The position numbers and the translations under genes are program-made. DNA of 64,000 nucleotides from Octopus vulgaris (Eukaryota), in the NCBI GenBank assembly GCA_951406725.2, contig OX597816.1:147932001-147996000 (forward strand), written 5' to 3'. Below are positions 39,600 to 51,990 of the stretch, one piece after another; the stretch's first letter is position 1; each line of letters starts with the position of its first letter. The notes beneath the pieces were generated by a model. It was not told where the DNA came from, searched no databases, and saw nothing but the letters and a program-made list of their open reading frames with translations.

Positions 39600-40919
39600 C
39601 ATAAAACCGAATTGATAGATTCCTAAATTCAAAAAATGTAGCATGAGCTCAACTTATCATACAGTTTAAGACTGTGCATAAATAGGATGAGTCTGACTTG
39701 ATCAACAGGGGTGTATAAAATATGTAATGTATCTGATAATGTGCTCTTTTAATTTCGATCAGTAAGGTGTTTGCAAATTGAAAATAAATCTAATTTTGAC
39801 TGGGATAAATGAGGCTCGTTCTCAGTTGGTTGTTCAGATCAGGTAGTCTAATTAGTTACTTATCTTGTTCGGTACCCAATATAGCTAAGTCTAGCACAAT
39901 GTATAGAAGTTATTACCTTGGCTTTGGTTATAATTCCCACGTTAAAGCCTCCAATGAAATTAAGAATGTGCTTATGGAATGGTGTTCATAAATTACTTAA
40001 GGGAGAGCTCCCTTAGCTCAACGGAGTGCTTTGTAAATGGCAGCATTAGAAGTGTTTATATCGTTCGTCAAGGGACACTTCGGCCTGTTGTAATATGTCA
40101 AAACAAAGAGATTTAGCTATACAGATTCTGCCGGTTGAAAGTAAGCCGATGGCTACGTGTTAATGATATGTCATAAATTTAATGAAAATAAGAATTTCAC
40201 TGAAATCTTTATTTCATCAGAATTTTCAGTAGTGCGATAGTTTTTTGGGGTTTTTTTTTTCATTTCAGCAGCAGGCACGACTCATGATGTAAACAGTTTT
40301 ACAAAGTAATCCAGACCAGCCACAATAACAATATCCTGATTCAGAAACTGTAAACACCTCACAAATCAGAATTAAATATCCGAAAATTCAAACGCATGCT
40401 CTAGTGTTTGTGAAACTTCTAACGATGAAATTCTTTCCTTCTGGCTCTCTCCCTCCCGCTCTGTCTCCTTCTCTCTCTCTATACATATATATGTACATAC
40501 ATACATACACATACGAGCACATAGACTCATACACATAGACACACATGTATATGTGTGTATGTGTGTACGTGTGCATGCATGTATAAATATATCTTTTATT
40601 ATCTTTTATCATTGTACTAGTTTCAGTCATTGGGCCGTGACCTTGAAGAGCAGGAAACTTCAATTTTTTAAAACTCTTTTGAACATTCGTGGCGCGAAGG
40701 AGATCGCCAATTAAGAATCTGGTAGCAAATCTTCCTTGAGTATAAATTTTCAAAACTGGCTTTAGTTTTAAATTTAGATGTTCATTTTAGCTTTATATTT
40801 ACACGTCTGTTTAAATTTAACTTCAATGTCACATTGGAGGAGTAAGTGGCGTGTGTGGAAATTGTAAGTATATATGAGTTTGCACATTTAAATCCGATAT
40901 TGTTATGCCGAAATGGCTA

Positions 40920-41119
40920 TCAAGGGTCTTCCTTAAATAAATGCAAAGGTACCACTTTTTTTGCCGTTGAAGGAATGAGAGATACAGAGTTTTGAGATGG
41001 CTTCCAATAATCAATGTTTTCAGTCGACGTTATTTTACTAATAAGTGTCCTCTGTAATCCATCATTTTTTATGCGACAATGTATTTGGAGACGAGAGATG
41101 TGAACAGTAATAACATCTC
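40920..41119 (-). other. Candidate terminal coding exon of an unidentified gene
   Basis: Acceptor TTTTTCAG, then an open frame (G)DVITVHISRLQIHCRIKNDGLQRTLISKITSTENIDYWKPSQNSVSLIPSTAKKVVPLHLFKEDP*. No recognisable family. Confidence 0.25.
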
Positions 41120-41328
41120 CTGAAAAACCAATTTTTTTTATAGTTAACTATCACGTAAAAAGCCTGCATTCAGTGGTTAAGTGAAAGTTGTTGTCTAACC
41201 ACAAAACGATGTAGATATATGGTATAGATATATTGAATCGATCGGAGCAATTTCTAATTGTATTAGATTTTCACCAGAAAAGGAATATCCAACTTCTGAC
41301 CAAGGTATATTCGTAGATTTATAAACTA

Positions 41329-43965
41329 CAAGCAGAAGTACCCGGCGTTGCTCGGGTTTCAAATACTACAATATTTTTGATACTTTGTAAAGTTCCTATG
41401 TCATAAATAACGTTAATGCCAACTTGTAACAAAATTGGTCGCTTATTGTAACGAAAGTATAACAAAATTGTCGCAAATTGTAACAAAATTGGTCGCCGGG
41501 TACAAATTTAGATGTTTCTTTTTAAGCTTTATATTTAGACGTCTGCTTAAATTTAACTTCAATGTCACATTGGAGGAATAAGTGGCATGTGTGGAAATTA
41601 TAAGTATATATGAGTTCGTACATTTATTTCCGATATTTTAATGCTGAAATGGCTTTCAAGAGTCTTCTTCAAATAAATACAAAGGTACCGATCTGTATGC
41701 CGTTGAAGGAATTAGAGATACAGGGTTTTGAGATGGCTTCCAATAACCAAAGCGGTAACAGTTTGATACGAAGTCATGAGAAGGGCTTTAATGCATTCTC
41801 AGATGGTGTAATAATCATGAGTGATGTAGCCCTGAAAAGGGTTTTTTTGTTTTGTTGTTCTCACAGTGGTAACAATTTGATAAGAAGCCCTGAAAAGGGC
41901 TGTAATGCGTTCTCAGGTGAGTAAGAATCGTATGTAAAGTGGCCCTGAAAAGGGCCTTTTTTTTGTTTACACCGAAAGTAACGGAACTGTTGCTATAAAA
42001 TGTGATTCTCTGCGAAAACAGATGACAAACTTAGGTTGGACAAAGGAAAATAAACATGATTGAGGAAAGTTACTAACTTTGAAAGCATGACTACAGTAGC
42101 ACTCACCACATATCGGGTCTGCAAAGTTGCATTGGTGTAGTGGAGACACCGAGGTTCGCGAATTTGAAAGCAGTTGCCGTATGAACTCCCTACACCTCTC
42201 TGTAGACCACATTTTTTTTTTGTTTTGTCATTAGTGACAAGTACGAATATATTTTATTTGCTTCCAACTCTGGAGCATCCGATATATAACTGGCCATGAG
42301 AGAAACATGGCTCGCCCTCCTACTTTTGGCAGCCAAACCAGACTCTGTTTTACGACCAAGGCGTGTTCTTTTCTTATGTGGCATAGCGGTAGTATTGGAC
42401 TATGTTTAAATTGCGAGTTTTAAAAAACGGCCAAAAGGAATACTAAAAAACCAATTCGGCATGCTGTATAAAAAGTGAACAAACTAAACGTATTATTCAA
42501 AAAAAGTGGAAGCAAGGACAGACATTTAGCTATGTAGACATAAGGACACTGAGTACAATATTTTTTTTAATGACACGTAAGCTAAAAACTGGTAGACGGC
42601 AACAGTATGAAAGAGTTAACTTAATTGAGTATGGAGACAACGAAAATTTTCAACAGAAAGTATGAGGTTAAAGCAATAATTTACCTCAAATGGTAGGCTT
42701 AACTTGTAAGCCGAAGCACGTATCAGATACGCACAAAAACGCATCAATAATTACTATTTGACACTGGCATGGTCAGGTGAATAGTGTTCCACCAATGAAA
42801 TTCAGTGGACAATCAATTGCGTTCACGCGCATAGGTCAAAGTTCATATTCACAGTTCATTAGCAGACCATTGACATGCCATAAACGAAAATGGTGATGAA
42901 AAGGGAACATTTTGATCATCGGCGATAATGGGGGTAGAGGAAGTGAGTAAACACTGAGGATGTGGTACAAGCAATCATTCACATCAAATAAGGGGCTGAA
43001 GTGGCGGGGATTCATGGCCGTAAGCGATAATGGGGGGGGGTAAGTAAACATCAATGTACAAACATCAAAAAACACGGTGCGCATTAATCGTGTTTGCGCC
43101 CACATGTCAAAGGTCGTGTTCGCAGTTCATCCCATGGTATCATACCATGAACGCTGGGGGGTAATTAAAGAAAATATTTACTGAAATGGAGGGAGCCATC
43201 AATTATCGTTGGAGATAATAGGGAGGAGAGTTAATGAAACACTGATGTACACAGATCAAATCAGCGAGGTAAAATTGACCCACAATCCTTGACGCTGAAG
43301 TTGTAAGCAAAAAACAAAGTTTAATCCAGTAAATTGTTAATTTCATGCGAATAAACTTGATAAAATAGTTTGATACAGTCAATGAAGTATGAGTAATATT
43401 CTTGCCAAATTTGGATCGAATCGGTTTTGGAAATGCGGACGTTATTGGCAAAAAAATAAAGAACTTTACACAGTTATTTGCAGATCTTTCCCATTCAATG
43501 CGGATTGATTTGACAAAAATTTAAGTTTTAAAAAATCCTTAAAGAATGAGTGAGTAATGTTTGTGCCAAATTTGAAGCGAATTGGTTGGAAACTGCAGAA
43601 GTTATTCGCAAAAAAAAAACAACTTTTACGCAGTTATTCACGGATTTTTCACAATTAACGCGGAGGACATTGGTAAAAATTTTCAGCGAAACAATTCTTA
43701 TGTCATGCGTAATGTTCGTGTCAAATTTTGAGGAATCTCTTTAAACACCAGGGAGCTATGGGCAAAAAACTGGCTTCCTGAACAGTTATTCGCGGTTTTA
43801 GGTTATACGAGGTGTGTCTGGAAAATATAAAGTGGGTATTGACCGCTCTAGGAGCATAAGCTATCAGTGTGTCAAGTTTGAGCGAAAGCGGTTGAAAAAT
43901 GTAGAAATACATAACACGTATACACACACACAGACACACAAACATATTCTGTCTTATATATATAT

Positions 43966-43970
<5 letters not shown>
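41329..43970 (-). mobile_element. Non-autonomous Helitron (~2.64 kb)
   Basis: On the minus strand it starts A|TCTATATATATATAAG (43970) and ends with hairpin CCCGAGCAACGCCGGG (41341-41356) followed 8 nt later by CTTG|T, a CTRR variant. It has internal ~160-bp subrepeats with GTGCCAAATTTG-type motifs and a short ORF MPHKKRTRLGRKT.. resembling RepHel N-termini. Confidence 0.85.
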
Positions 43971-44038
<68 letters not shown>

Positions 44039-44439
44039 AACGAAGAGTGAACTGATCAGCCTAATTTTGTACAACTGAAATTGCTGACAACGAGAATAAA
44101 TAATTAATTCTTTGACAATAAGGGAATGATGTGGGTAATTTGAAATGAGACATAGTCTCTCGAAAGAAACATGTAATTTTAGTCTCATTCTGGTATAGCA
44201 GCATTTTCGCTCATTAATTTCACAATATTTTAAAGGTATTTTACTTTTGTCAATTGTGTTCGATCACACCAAAAACGACAGCCACAACTTGTAGTATAAT
44301 CTGATTCGTTTGTATTTAACACTTGCAGGTGTTGATTAGTAATTGATCCGACTACTAGTGGTCTGCTCTTAATGGAAATTAAATTTTAAGGTCTGGTGAT
44401 ATTATTGTTAGTGATGAATATGTGTGTATATATATATTC

Positions 44440-44815
44440 TATTATTTTATTAGTTCCAGTAATTTGACTGCAGTCATGCTGTAGCAACGCCTTTAGTGGA
44501 ACAAATCGATTCCAGGACTTATTCTTTGTAAGCCTAGTACATATTTTATCGATTTCATTTTCCGAACCACTAGGTTATGGGGACGTAAACACAACGGCAA
44601 CGGTCGTCAAGGGATGGTGGGGGAGAGAAACACAAACACACAAACACATACGACGGGCTTCTTTCAGTTTCCGTCTACCAAATGAACTCACAGGGCTTTG
44701 GTCGGCCCGAGGCTATAGTAGAAGACTCTTGCCCAAGGTGTCACGCAGTAGGACTGAACCCAGAACCATGTTGTTGGTAAGCAAGCTACTTACCACACAG
44801 CCATGTCTGTGCCTA
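44440..44815 (-). mobile_element. SINE family B, full length
   Basis: Homologous to 25022-25392. Confidence 0.9.
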
Positions 44816-44836
44816 TAAGCCATAAGCCATGCCTAC

Positions 44837-44886
<50 letters not shown>

Positions 44887-44903
44887 TATGTATGTATATA
44901 TAT

Positions 44904-45990
44904 GATTGATTTGATTTGATTTTGATTTTTCCAGTTTCAGCTAATGAGCTGTGGCCATGCTGGGGCACCGCCATTTGGTTTGCTAAACGGTTTTACCTCA
45001 CGGATGCTTTTTAGCAAACGCCATCTGATGCATGAGAGAGTTCGATGCAGCTGCCCTCATCTGCACCTCCTGCCATGAAGTTGGTTCATCCGGGACACCT
45101 GACAGGAAGAGATCCAGTCCTACTTTAAAGACATCCGCATCTACACCATGCAGGTCCCTCAGGTTCTTCGGGAGGATATCGAAGAGCCGTGGGCCTCTGA
45201 AGCCCAGGCTATCACAATATCTTGTCCTACATCTTGATGCCAAATTTGGAGTCCTTGGTACTACGCAGTGGCGTCCGGTTCTGGCATTTGTGTGACTCTC
45301 GATGCCAAAGTCTGGGACAAGACTTTCCAGGATCTTCCAGATATATATTATGGCATATCTTTCTCGCCTACGCTCCAGGGAATAGAGCTTTAATCTCTTG
45401 AGTCTCTCCCAGTAGCTCGTATGCTGCACAGAGGCTATCTTCTTCGTGTAGCTTCGTTGGATCGCCTCAAGTTCTGTGATCAACTTGACACTGGATGGTG
45501 ACCATAGCTGAGAGCAATAGTCAAAGTGGCTTAGGACAAGTGTCTTCCAGAGGACCATCATGGTTTCTTGTTCTCTTGTTCTAAAGGTTCTAAGAATCCA
45601 TCCAGCCAGCCGTCTACATTTCATTGTCAGTTTAGCAACATGTACATGAAAGGTCGCGTCATCACTCATGTGAATACCCAGGTCACGCACTGATTGTGTC
45701 TCTGGGATTGCAATCCCTCCGGGTCCAGTGTATTCATTGGGTATTGCATTCAGTTTTGCATGCTCATAGTATAAAGCTTGAAACTTTCCAGCATTGAACT
45801 GCATGCTATTCTTTTCAGCCCACTTGTATATTTCGTCCAGCTCACATTGCAGGTGCTTAGTGTCTTCAGGGTTCTGTATTGCCTGTGAAACTTTTGTATC
45901 ATCTGCATAACTTGTGATCGTGGCTCTCCGCGTGGCTGAGGGCATGTCTGAGAGGGCCATTATGAACAATAGTCGTACCAAAACAGTGCC

Positions 45991-45993
<3 letters not shown>
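44904..45993 (-). mobile_element. 5'-truncated CR1-group (CR1/L2/Crack/Daphne-like) LINE inserted in (TA)n
   Basis: Open frame from QGTVL..LLF through YADDTK, WAEKNSMQFNAGKFQ, RDLGI and DYCSQLW to the stop at 44998. Short 3' UTR with a stem-loop and an (AAATC)n tail. Confidence 0.92.
44998..45993 (-). CDS. Reverse transcriptase C-terminal half (partial, uninterrupted, no true start codon)
   Basis: The 327-aa ORF in the track contains the YADD catalytic motif. The frame continues to the truncation point. Confidence 0.85.
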
Positions 45994-46042
<49 letters not shown>

Positions 46043-46044
46043 GT

Positions 46045-46545
46045 GAGGCAAAAGGTCTGAAATGTAGGTGGACGATGGCTAGGCGACTACATCGACACCA
46101 GTGTTTGACTGGTATTCAATTTGTCTATCTCGAAAAGGATGAAAAGCAAACTCGATTTACAGTGCTTGACTGATGCTTATTATTTCCACTGCGAAAAGAT
46201 TAAAGGCAGAGTCGATCCAGGTGGAATTTGATATCAGAATGTACAGACGGACGAAATTCCACTAAGCATTTTGTTCGCCGTGCTAACGATTCTACCAGCT
46301 CGCCGCCGTCCCATGTAGAAATAATTGTTTCAAGTTTTGGCACAACGCCAGCAGTTTTGGGAGGAAGGTTAAGTTGATTGCATCGACCCGAATGCTCAAC
46401 TAGTACTTATTTTATCAACCTCGAAACGGAGGAAAGGCAAAGTCGACTTCGGCAGAATTTGAACACAGAGCATTATGACGGATAAAATGCCGCAATGGCC
46501 TTTTGTCCGGTGCACTAACGAATCTACCAGCTCTCCGCCTTCCTT
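46045..46545 (-). mobile_element. Two tandem SINE family A copies (46045-46310, 46325-46545)
   Basis: GAATTTGA..CAGA...GACGGA.AAA...CTAACGA.TCTACCAGCTC.CCGCC occurs twice. Confidence 0.8.
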
Positions 46546-47262
46546 CCCATGTGGCAATAACACTAATGAGATCGATACATCTTTTTTTTATGCACGCTAA
46601 AATGGTTTGTTTATATTTGTCCAGCGATATTTTGAGTGACGACTAAGGCTTATAAAACCTACCTGTAGCTAAACAATATATATTTATAAAGCATTCCATA
46701 ACAGAAATCCCTCCTTGAATGTATTTTAGTTAATTTGATATAGTTAAGCTCCTGTTGTTTAAACATATTATAGTAACATCTGTTATGATTTGAAATGTTA
46801 TGGAGGGAAGAAATCGAAAACAGTTTTATCATACAAAAAAAAAAACACTGAATTTATTTCGGAGATTAATCCATTATACTTGAAACTGCTTGAAACTGCT
46901 TTAAACATACGTACAAGTTTATATATACACAATACTTTATTATAAACATCGCTTTAGATATACTTATTTTTAAACTTGCAGTTTTAAACCTACACACGTT
47001 TAATATTACACGACCTTTTAAATGTAAAACTTTCTTTAAATACACGTATATTTCCTTTTATATTCAGAAATATTTGTTTTGTGTGTTTTAAAAAAATTCC
47101 AACTTGGTTTTTATTTCACTTATCTTTCACACGAACGTAGATAATATTCGTGCTTATCTAACGAAAATAACAAATGCCTGTATTATTACCTGTCAAAAAG
47201 TAAAGAATCCACAACATCGTTAAACGCTCAGAGGAAATTCCTTACAATATTGCTTCTGGATG

Positions 47263-47475
47263 TAAGGCGGCGGGTTGGCAGAATCGTTTGCACACCGGAA
47301 CAAATGCTCAGCAGCATTTCGTACTTCTTTGCGCCCTGAGTTCAAATTCCGCCGAGGTCGGCTTTGCCTTTCATCATTTCAGTGTTGATAAAATAAGTAC
47401 CAGTCATGCACTGAGGTCGATGTAATCGACTTAACACCTCTGAAACTGCTAGCCTTGGGCAAAAGTTGAAAGCGA
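47263..47475 (+). mobile_element. SINE family A
   Basis: AAGGCGGCGGGTTGGCAGAATCGTT...CTGAGTTCAAATTCCGCCGAGGTCGGCTTTGCCTTTCATC. Confidence 0.85.
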
Positions 47476-48559
47476 TATTTCTCTGTATGTTTACGCTCTG
47501 ATTTCAAATCCTGCTGGAGATAAGTTTGTTCTCCATCTTCTAGGGCTGATGAAATGAAGTACTGCAAAATTACTGCAATAATTTTAGTTGACAAACAACT
47601 CTACAGCGAAAATTATAACACCGTGCTTCTTTTACCAATTAATATGATTACCAGTTCAATGTCTAGTAAATCGATTATACGTTAACTCAAGCTTTATATC
47701 TGTGTTAGAAATTATTTGTGATTTTATAAATTAAACTACTTTGTTGTTGATCAATAAATGAGTTTTCTTTTCATGTATATTGATAAAAAATAATAAGTCT
47801 TCTGCGCATGACTGTAAATAGATGACTGTATGACGCATTATCCGATGTATGTTTCCACAAAACCAATGCGATTGCTAAATACACATAGACGTATTTTCGA
47901 TGGTTTGCTTTTATATATACATATATATAACAAGGCTGCTTTCCTACTTCGTTGGTTGAATAATCAATAACGGGAAGCTTGGATTTATAATTCCAGAAAC
48001 TTCGGCATCAGACATATCCATTTACTGACACTGATATTTCATTTAGGAAAATGTGCCCTTCTCTCCATCAATCAATTACAAATTTGAGTTCGAATTTCGG
48101 AGATTAAAGCTTCATTTCATCTTGAAATGAGACTTGCTCTGTTTCGTTGCCGTTTTTACATAGACTTAAGCTCATCCCGTGATACACTATTATAAGTGTT
48201 TCTGATAATTCATACATGTGTATTTAAATGTGCACATGAATGTATCTCCGTACAAACAACCGAGTCAATAAGTTATCAACCTAATGACAGAATGATATAG
48301 AAAATATACAATTAAACGTTTAACACCATCGCAATTGCTGACAAATGACACACCATTGATATATTTTGTATGATGAAGAACTTTTAAATAACTTAATCAA
48401 TCACTACATGGTGTAACTCGCAAACCAATCCATGTGTTATTGAAACTAGTAATATATTCATTCGTTCCACGTAACCCAATTTCTTAAGAATAGTATTCGA
48501 TTAATTGCTGAAACATAAATCAAAGGAATCGATACAGGTGGGGGACAGTATCAGCTTAC

Positions 48560-48761
48560 CCCCATTTACAAAGGACAACTTGATTGAATTCGGGATCAAC
48601 AGCTGTCTATAATCACCGGAGATAGAATTGAAATCTAGAATTGTGTAGATGGTGAAACAGTATAAATAACTGGTCGTAAATAGCTGGTCGTAAAGATACC
48701 ACAGTTTAAATACATACGACTTTAATGGACTGATTTTATAGCACTGCAGAGTAATCATAAA
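48560..48761 (-). other. Candidate exon of an unidentified gene
   Basis: Acceptor TTTATTTCCCAATCTTCAG, donor G|GTAAG, an open frame, and a phase compatible with 41119. Confidence 0.25.
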
Positions 48762-49846
48762 CTGAAGATTGGGAAATAAAGATGAAGTACTATAAATACT
48801 GTGAGAATAGTCATTATAAAACCTGTATTATCAGTCACGTCTGCTAATTTACTAACGAGTCTTTTTTTTTTCTACTTCGCAGTTTTGCTTCAGTTTGGTA
48901 TTTTCTTTATATTTACGTCTTTCCGTCTTCTCAGTATCTCACGTATGAAGAAAAAATTAGCAACCGCAACTAGCTAAAATAACTATGAATCAAATCAAAG
49001 AGACATTTGTCGGGTTTAAGAAGTTTAACGATGTAAAGTGTCTAAACTAATATTTGGCAAAATCAATTCAGACATAGTGTTTTCAAAAATGAAATTGAGG
49101 TTTTCAACACTTCGTTGATTCATATTTTGAAAAGTTATTCTCCTGAACAATAAGAGTTAATGTATTTGAAACGTCGCGTGATTAATATTAGATGCTTGAT
49201 TGGTTAAATAAATCTACTGAAAAAGTCAATTTCCGAGCGGATGTGATGAAACAAAATCATATGTTTCTAACCAAGCAATCAATAGCTCAGTTGGAAATGG
49301 CGTTTACAGAGTATATGAAACGTTGCTCATTGAGAGACTGTTGTTCAGCTAAACTTTAGATAATATTTCTTCAGGCAATTTGTAGCTTTACAGAATAAAT
49401 TTCGATTGACACTTCGTTTCACAAATATGTGCAAGAAATAACAATTCTTTATTTCATCATTGGTCAGAAAAATCTGGTTTCGTCAGTTATCTATTTCCGA
49501 CTAAATATATGGGAATCAGTCCAATTGATCTTGTGTCAGACTGGAGCTGCGAAATAAATGACCACTGGGTAATTTCATAATAATCTGTAACTAAAGTTAT
49601 ATATATGCTTAAACACACACGAACACACGCGCACGCATACACGCCCATACACACTTATATGTATTTATCTCGTCACCCTTTTCAAGCCTAGCCAGGGTCA
49701 TGATCCCGGTTTCCCGGTTTCTGTGGCGTATGTGTTTCTCCCAGCTGGACGGGACGCCAGTCCATCACAGTATATGTATTTATATGTATTCATATACATA
49801 TGTATATTATGTGCATGTGCATGTGTATTTAGATGTATGTGTATAA

Positions 49847-49878
<32 letters not shown>

Positions 49879-49890
49879 CATATATATATG

Positions 49891-49941
<51 letters not shown>

Positions 49942-50024
49942 GTGTGTGTATACATGTTTATGCATGTGTTTATATATATTTATACACACATATACATATG
50001 CACATACATACACATACATTCACT

Positions 50025-50132
<108 letters not shown>

Positions 50133-50494
50133 TGTATATATGTGTAATATATAATAGTGTCTCTTTACGATGTTTCTTTTGTGGTTCAGCTTTGTTGTTC
50201 TCGAGCATTATACTTTTAGACCCCTGTTTCTGCCATTCATTTCCAACAGGGTATATGATGGGAAATAGTTTGCTACTTCAGAAATCTTCAAGCCTTTCAG
50301 CTCTTCGAACTACATTTATAATGCTCTTAAATACTCGTGCATGTCAACTACAATCGAGAGAGCTTCGTCAAAAGCATTCTAAATTCACAAATTTTTTTAT
50401 CACTGGGTCCAGACAAAATCTAAATCTTATACAATAATAGCGGTAACTTTGTTAGCTCCAAATATAGTAGTGTGATATGCACCGAAGATGATAA

Positions 50495-50797
50495 GTTCGT
50501 TGGTTTCTTCTCGAGCCATGCCTGGCTCATAGGTTTCCCGGTTTCCTTGGCGTATAGGTTCCCCAACTGGACGGGACGCTGGTCAGTCGCAGGTGAGCTG
50601 CAAGATGCAGGAGGAAAGAGTGAGAGAAAGTTGTGGCGAAAGAGTCAGCAGAAGTTTCGCCATTACCTTCTGCCGGAGCCACGTGGAGCTTACGTGTTTC
50701 GTTGATAAACACACACACATCGCCCGGTCTGAGATTCGAACCCGCGATCCCTCGACCGCGAGTCCACTGCTCTAACCACTAGGCCATGTGCCTCCAC
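50495..50797 (-). mobile_element. SINE family C, full length (a 3' fragment also lies at ~49680-49770)
   Basis: Head GGAGGCACATGGCCTAGTGGTTAGAGCAGTGGACTCGCGGTCGAGGGATCGCGGGTTCGAATCTC. Flanked by ATGATAAGT. Confidence 0.9.
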
Positions 50798-51739
50798 AAG
50801 AATGATAAGTAGAGTACAGCAAAACAGGTGTTGACCTTGCCTGCCTACGATATGGTTACTACCTGAGAGCTGCCGTGTGGTTAGTAAGCTTGCTAGAAAT
50901 AGAAGTGAAACCTGCCTAATATTTCCAGGGCACCGTCCTAAAAAGAAAATGATACATGGATAATATAGTCTCAGACATATTATGTCTAAAAGCACATGTG
51001 ATGGTTATAAATGGAAACCGTTTAATCATAGGTCTATTCAATCATGAGGGACTTGAAGCGAACCAACAAAATGGCTGTAGGCATGATCAGGATTAATCAG
51101 CGTTAATTTTGTTGGTTGTTCAAATACAACATGTGAAGTAGCGAAATATGTTTTGTGTGAGAGTAGCTGTTGGCGAATATACTTGGTTAAAGTTCATTCA
51201 GTCGTGGTTTGTATTTTCGTATGAATAACACTGGGATTGGTAGACTCCGTGCATATAACATTACTGTGGTGTGATGTGATACATCGTTTTCCGTTCTCCG
51301 CCCTATCAACACGGGTAAAATCTAAGTTTAAGGTTAGTTACCGTTAGTATAATATGAATCGCCTACGTTCTGTCAAGGCTAACACTGCTCACTCTTCCAC
51401 TGATGAAACCACTTTAATTTTTTTATCATTCCTCAAACATGCTCAATCTACAGGAAATCCAGGCACCTAACACTAAACTTGCACAGATTAATGAACAGAG
51501 ACATAGAAAACATCCACGAAAAAGAAATACCAAACTTCCTTTTTTTCTTTCGACAACTAAAACCCATATCTTTATTTATATAAGCAAAAAGAAATCATCC
51601 CAGTTGAACATGAACCGCACAAGGCGTGTGCTCATGGATCCCTCCTGGGAAAAACCCATTTTTAGCTTAGCTAAGGTATCTTAAAAAACAGGCTCGTGAA
51701 ACGGGGCCAGAAAGTTTTTCAGTCTCGAACAATTATAGA

Positions 51740-51990
51740 TTCTTTAAGAAACCCCTGCCGTCACTTCTTTCTTTCTACTCTATCACTACTATAATGGTCT
51801 TTTCTCCGCTGAGCTTGCCTGTCACGTGCCACCTCTAATCAGGCATTCATTTCCCTTCTTTTCATCGCTCATATTGTGTCGAGCCCAATGCCTACACTAA
51901 CCTACACCCTGTGTTTCATTCCCAGACGTCAACCGGCTCTCTGGAATCCCTCCTGACTCATGTTCTCTGCAGGAGTTGATCGCAGCAGTT
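51740..51990 (+). mobile_element. Decayed LINE ORF2 C-terminus (CR1/Jockey group)
   Basis: YHYYNGLFSAELACHVPPL ... FIPR ... LWNP matches the 'YRYY.G.CS.EL...PP...SF.PRT..LWN.LP' motif. Confidence 0.55.

Noticed and set aside
46663-46779. Additional minus-strand exon candidate with a CAG|GTAGGT donor
   Set aside because: Its only open frame is phase-incompatible with the 48560 and 41119 candidates, and the acceptor is weak.
4882-47475. Recurrent near-identical motifs suggesting a CRISPR array or tRNA genes
   Set aside because: They are dispersed, in both orientations, with TSDs and tails, so they are SINE copies. There is no regular spacer structure and no complete cloverleaf.
51399-51412. 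CTGATGAAAC as a hammerhead core
   Set aside because: There is no room for stem II and no stem I or III pairing.
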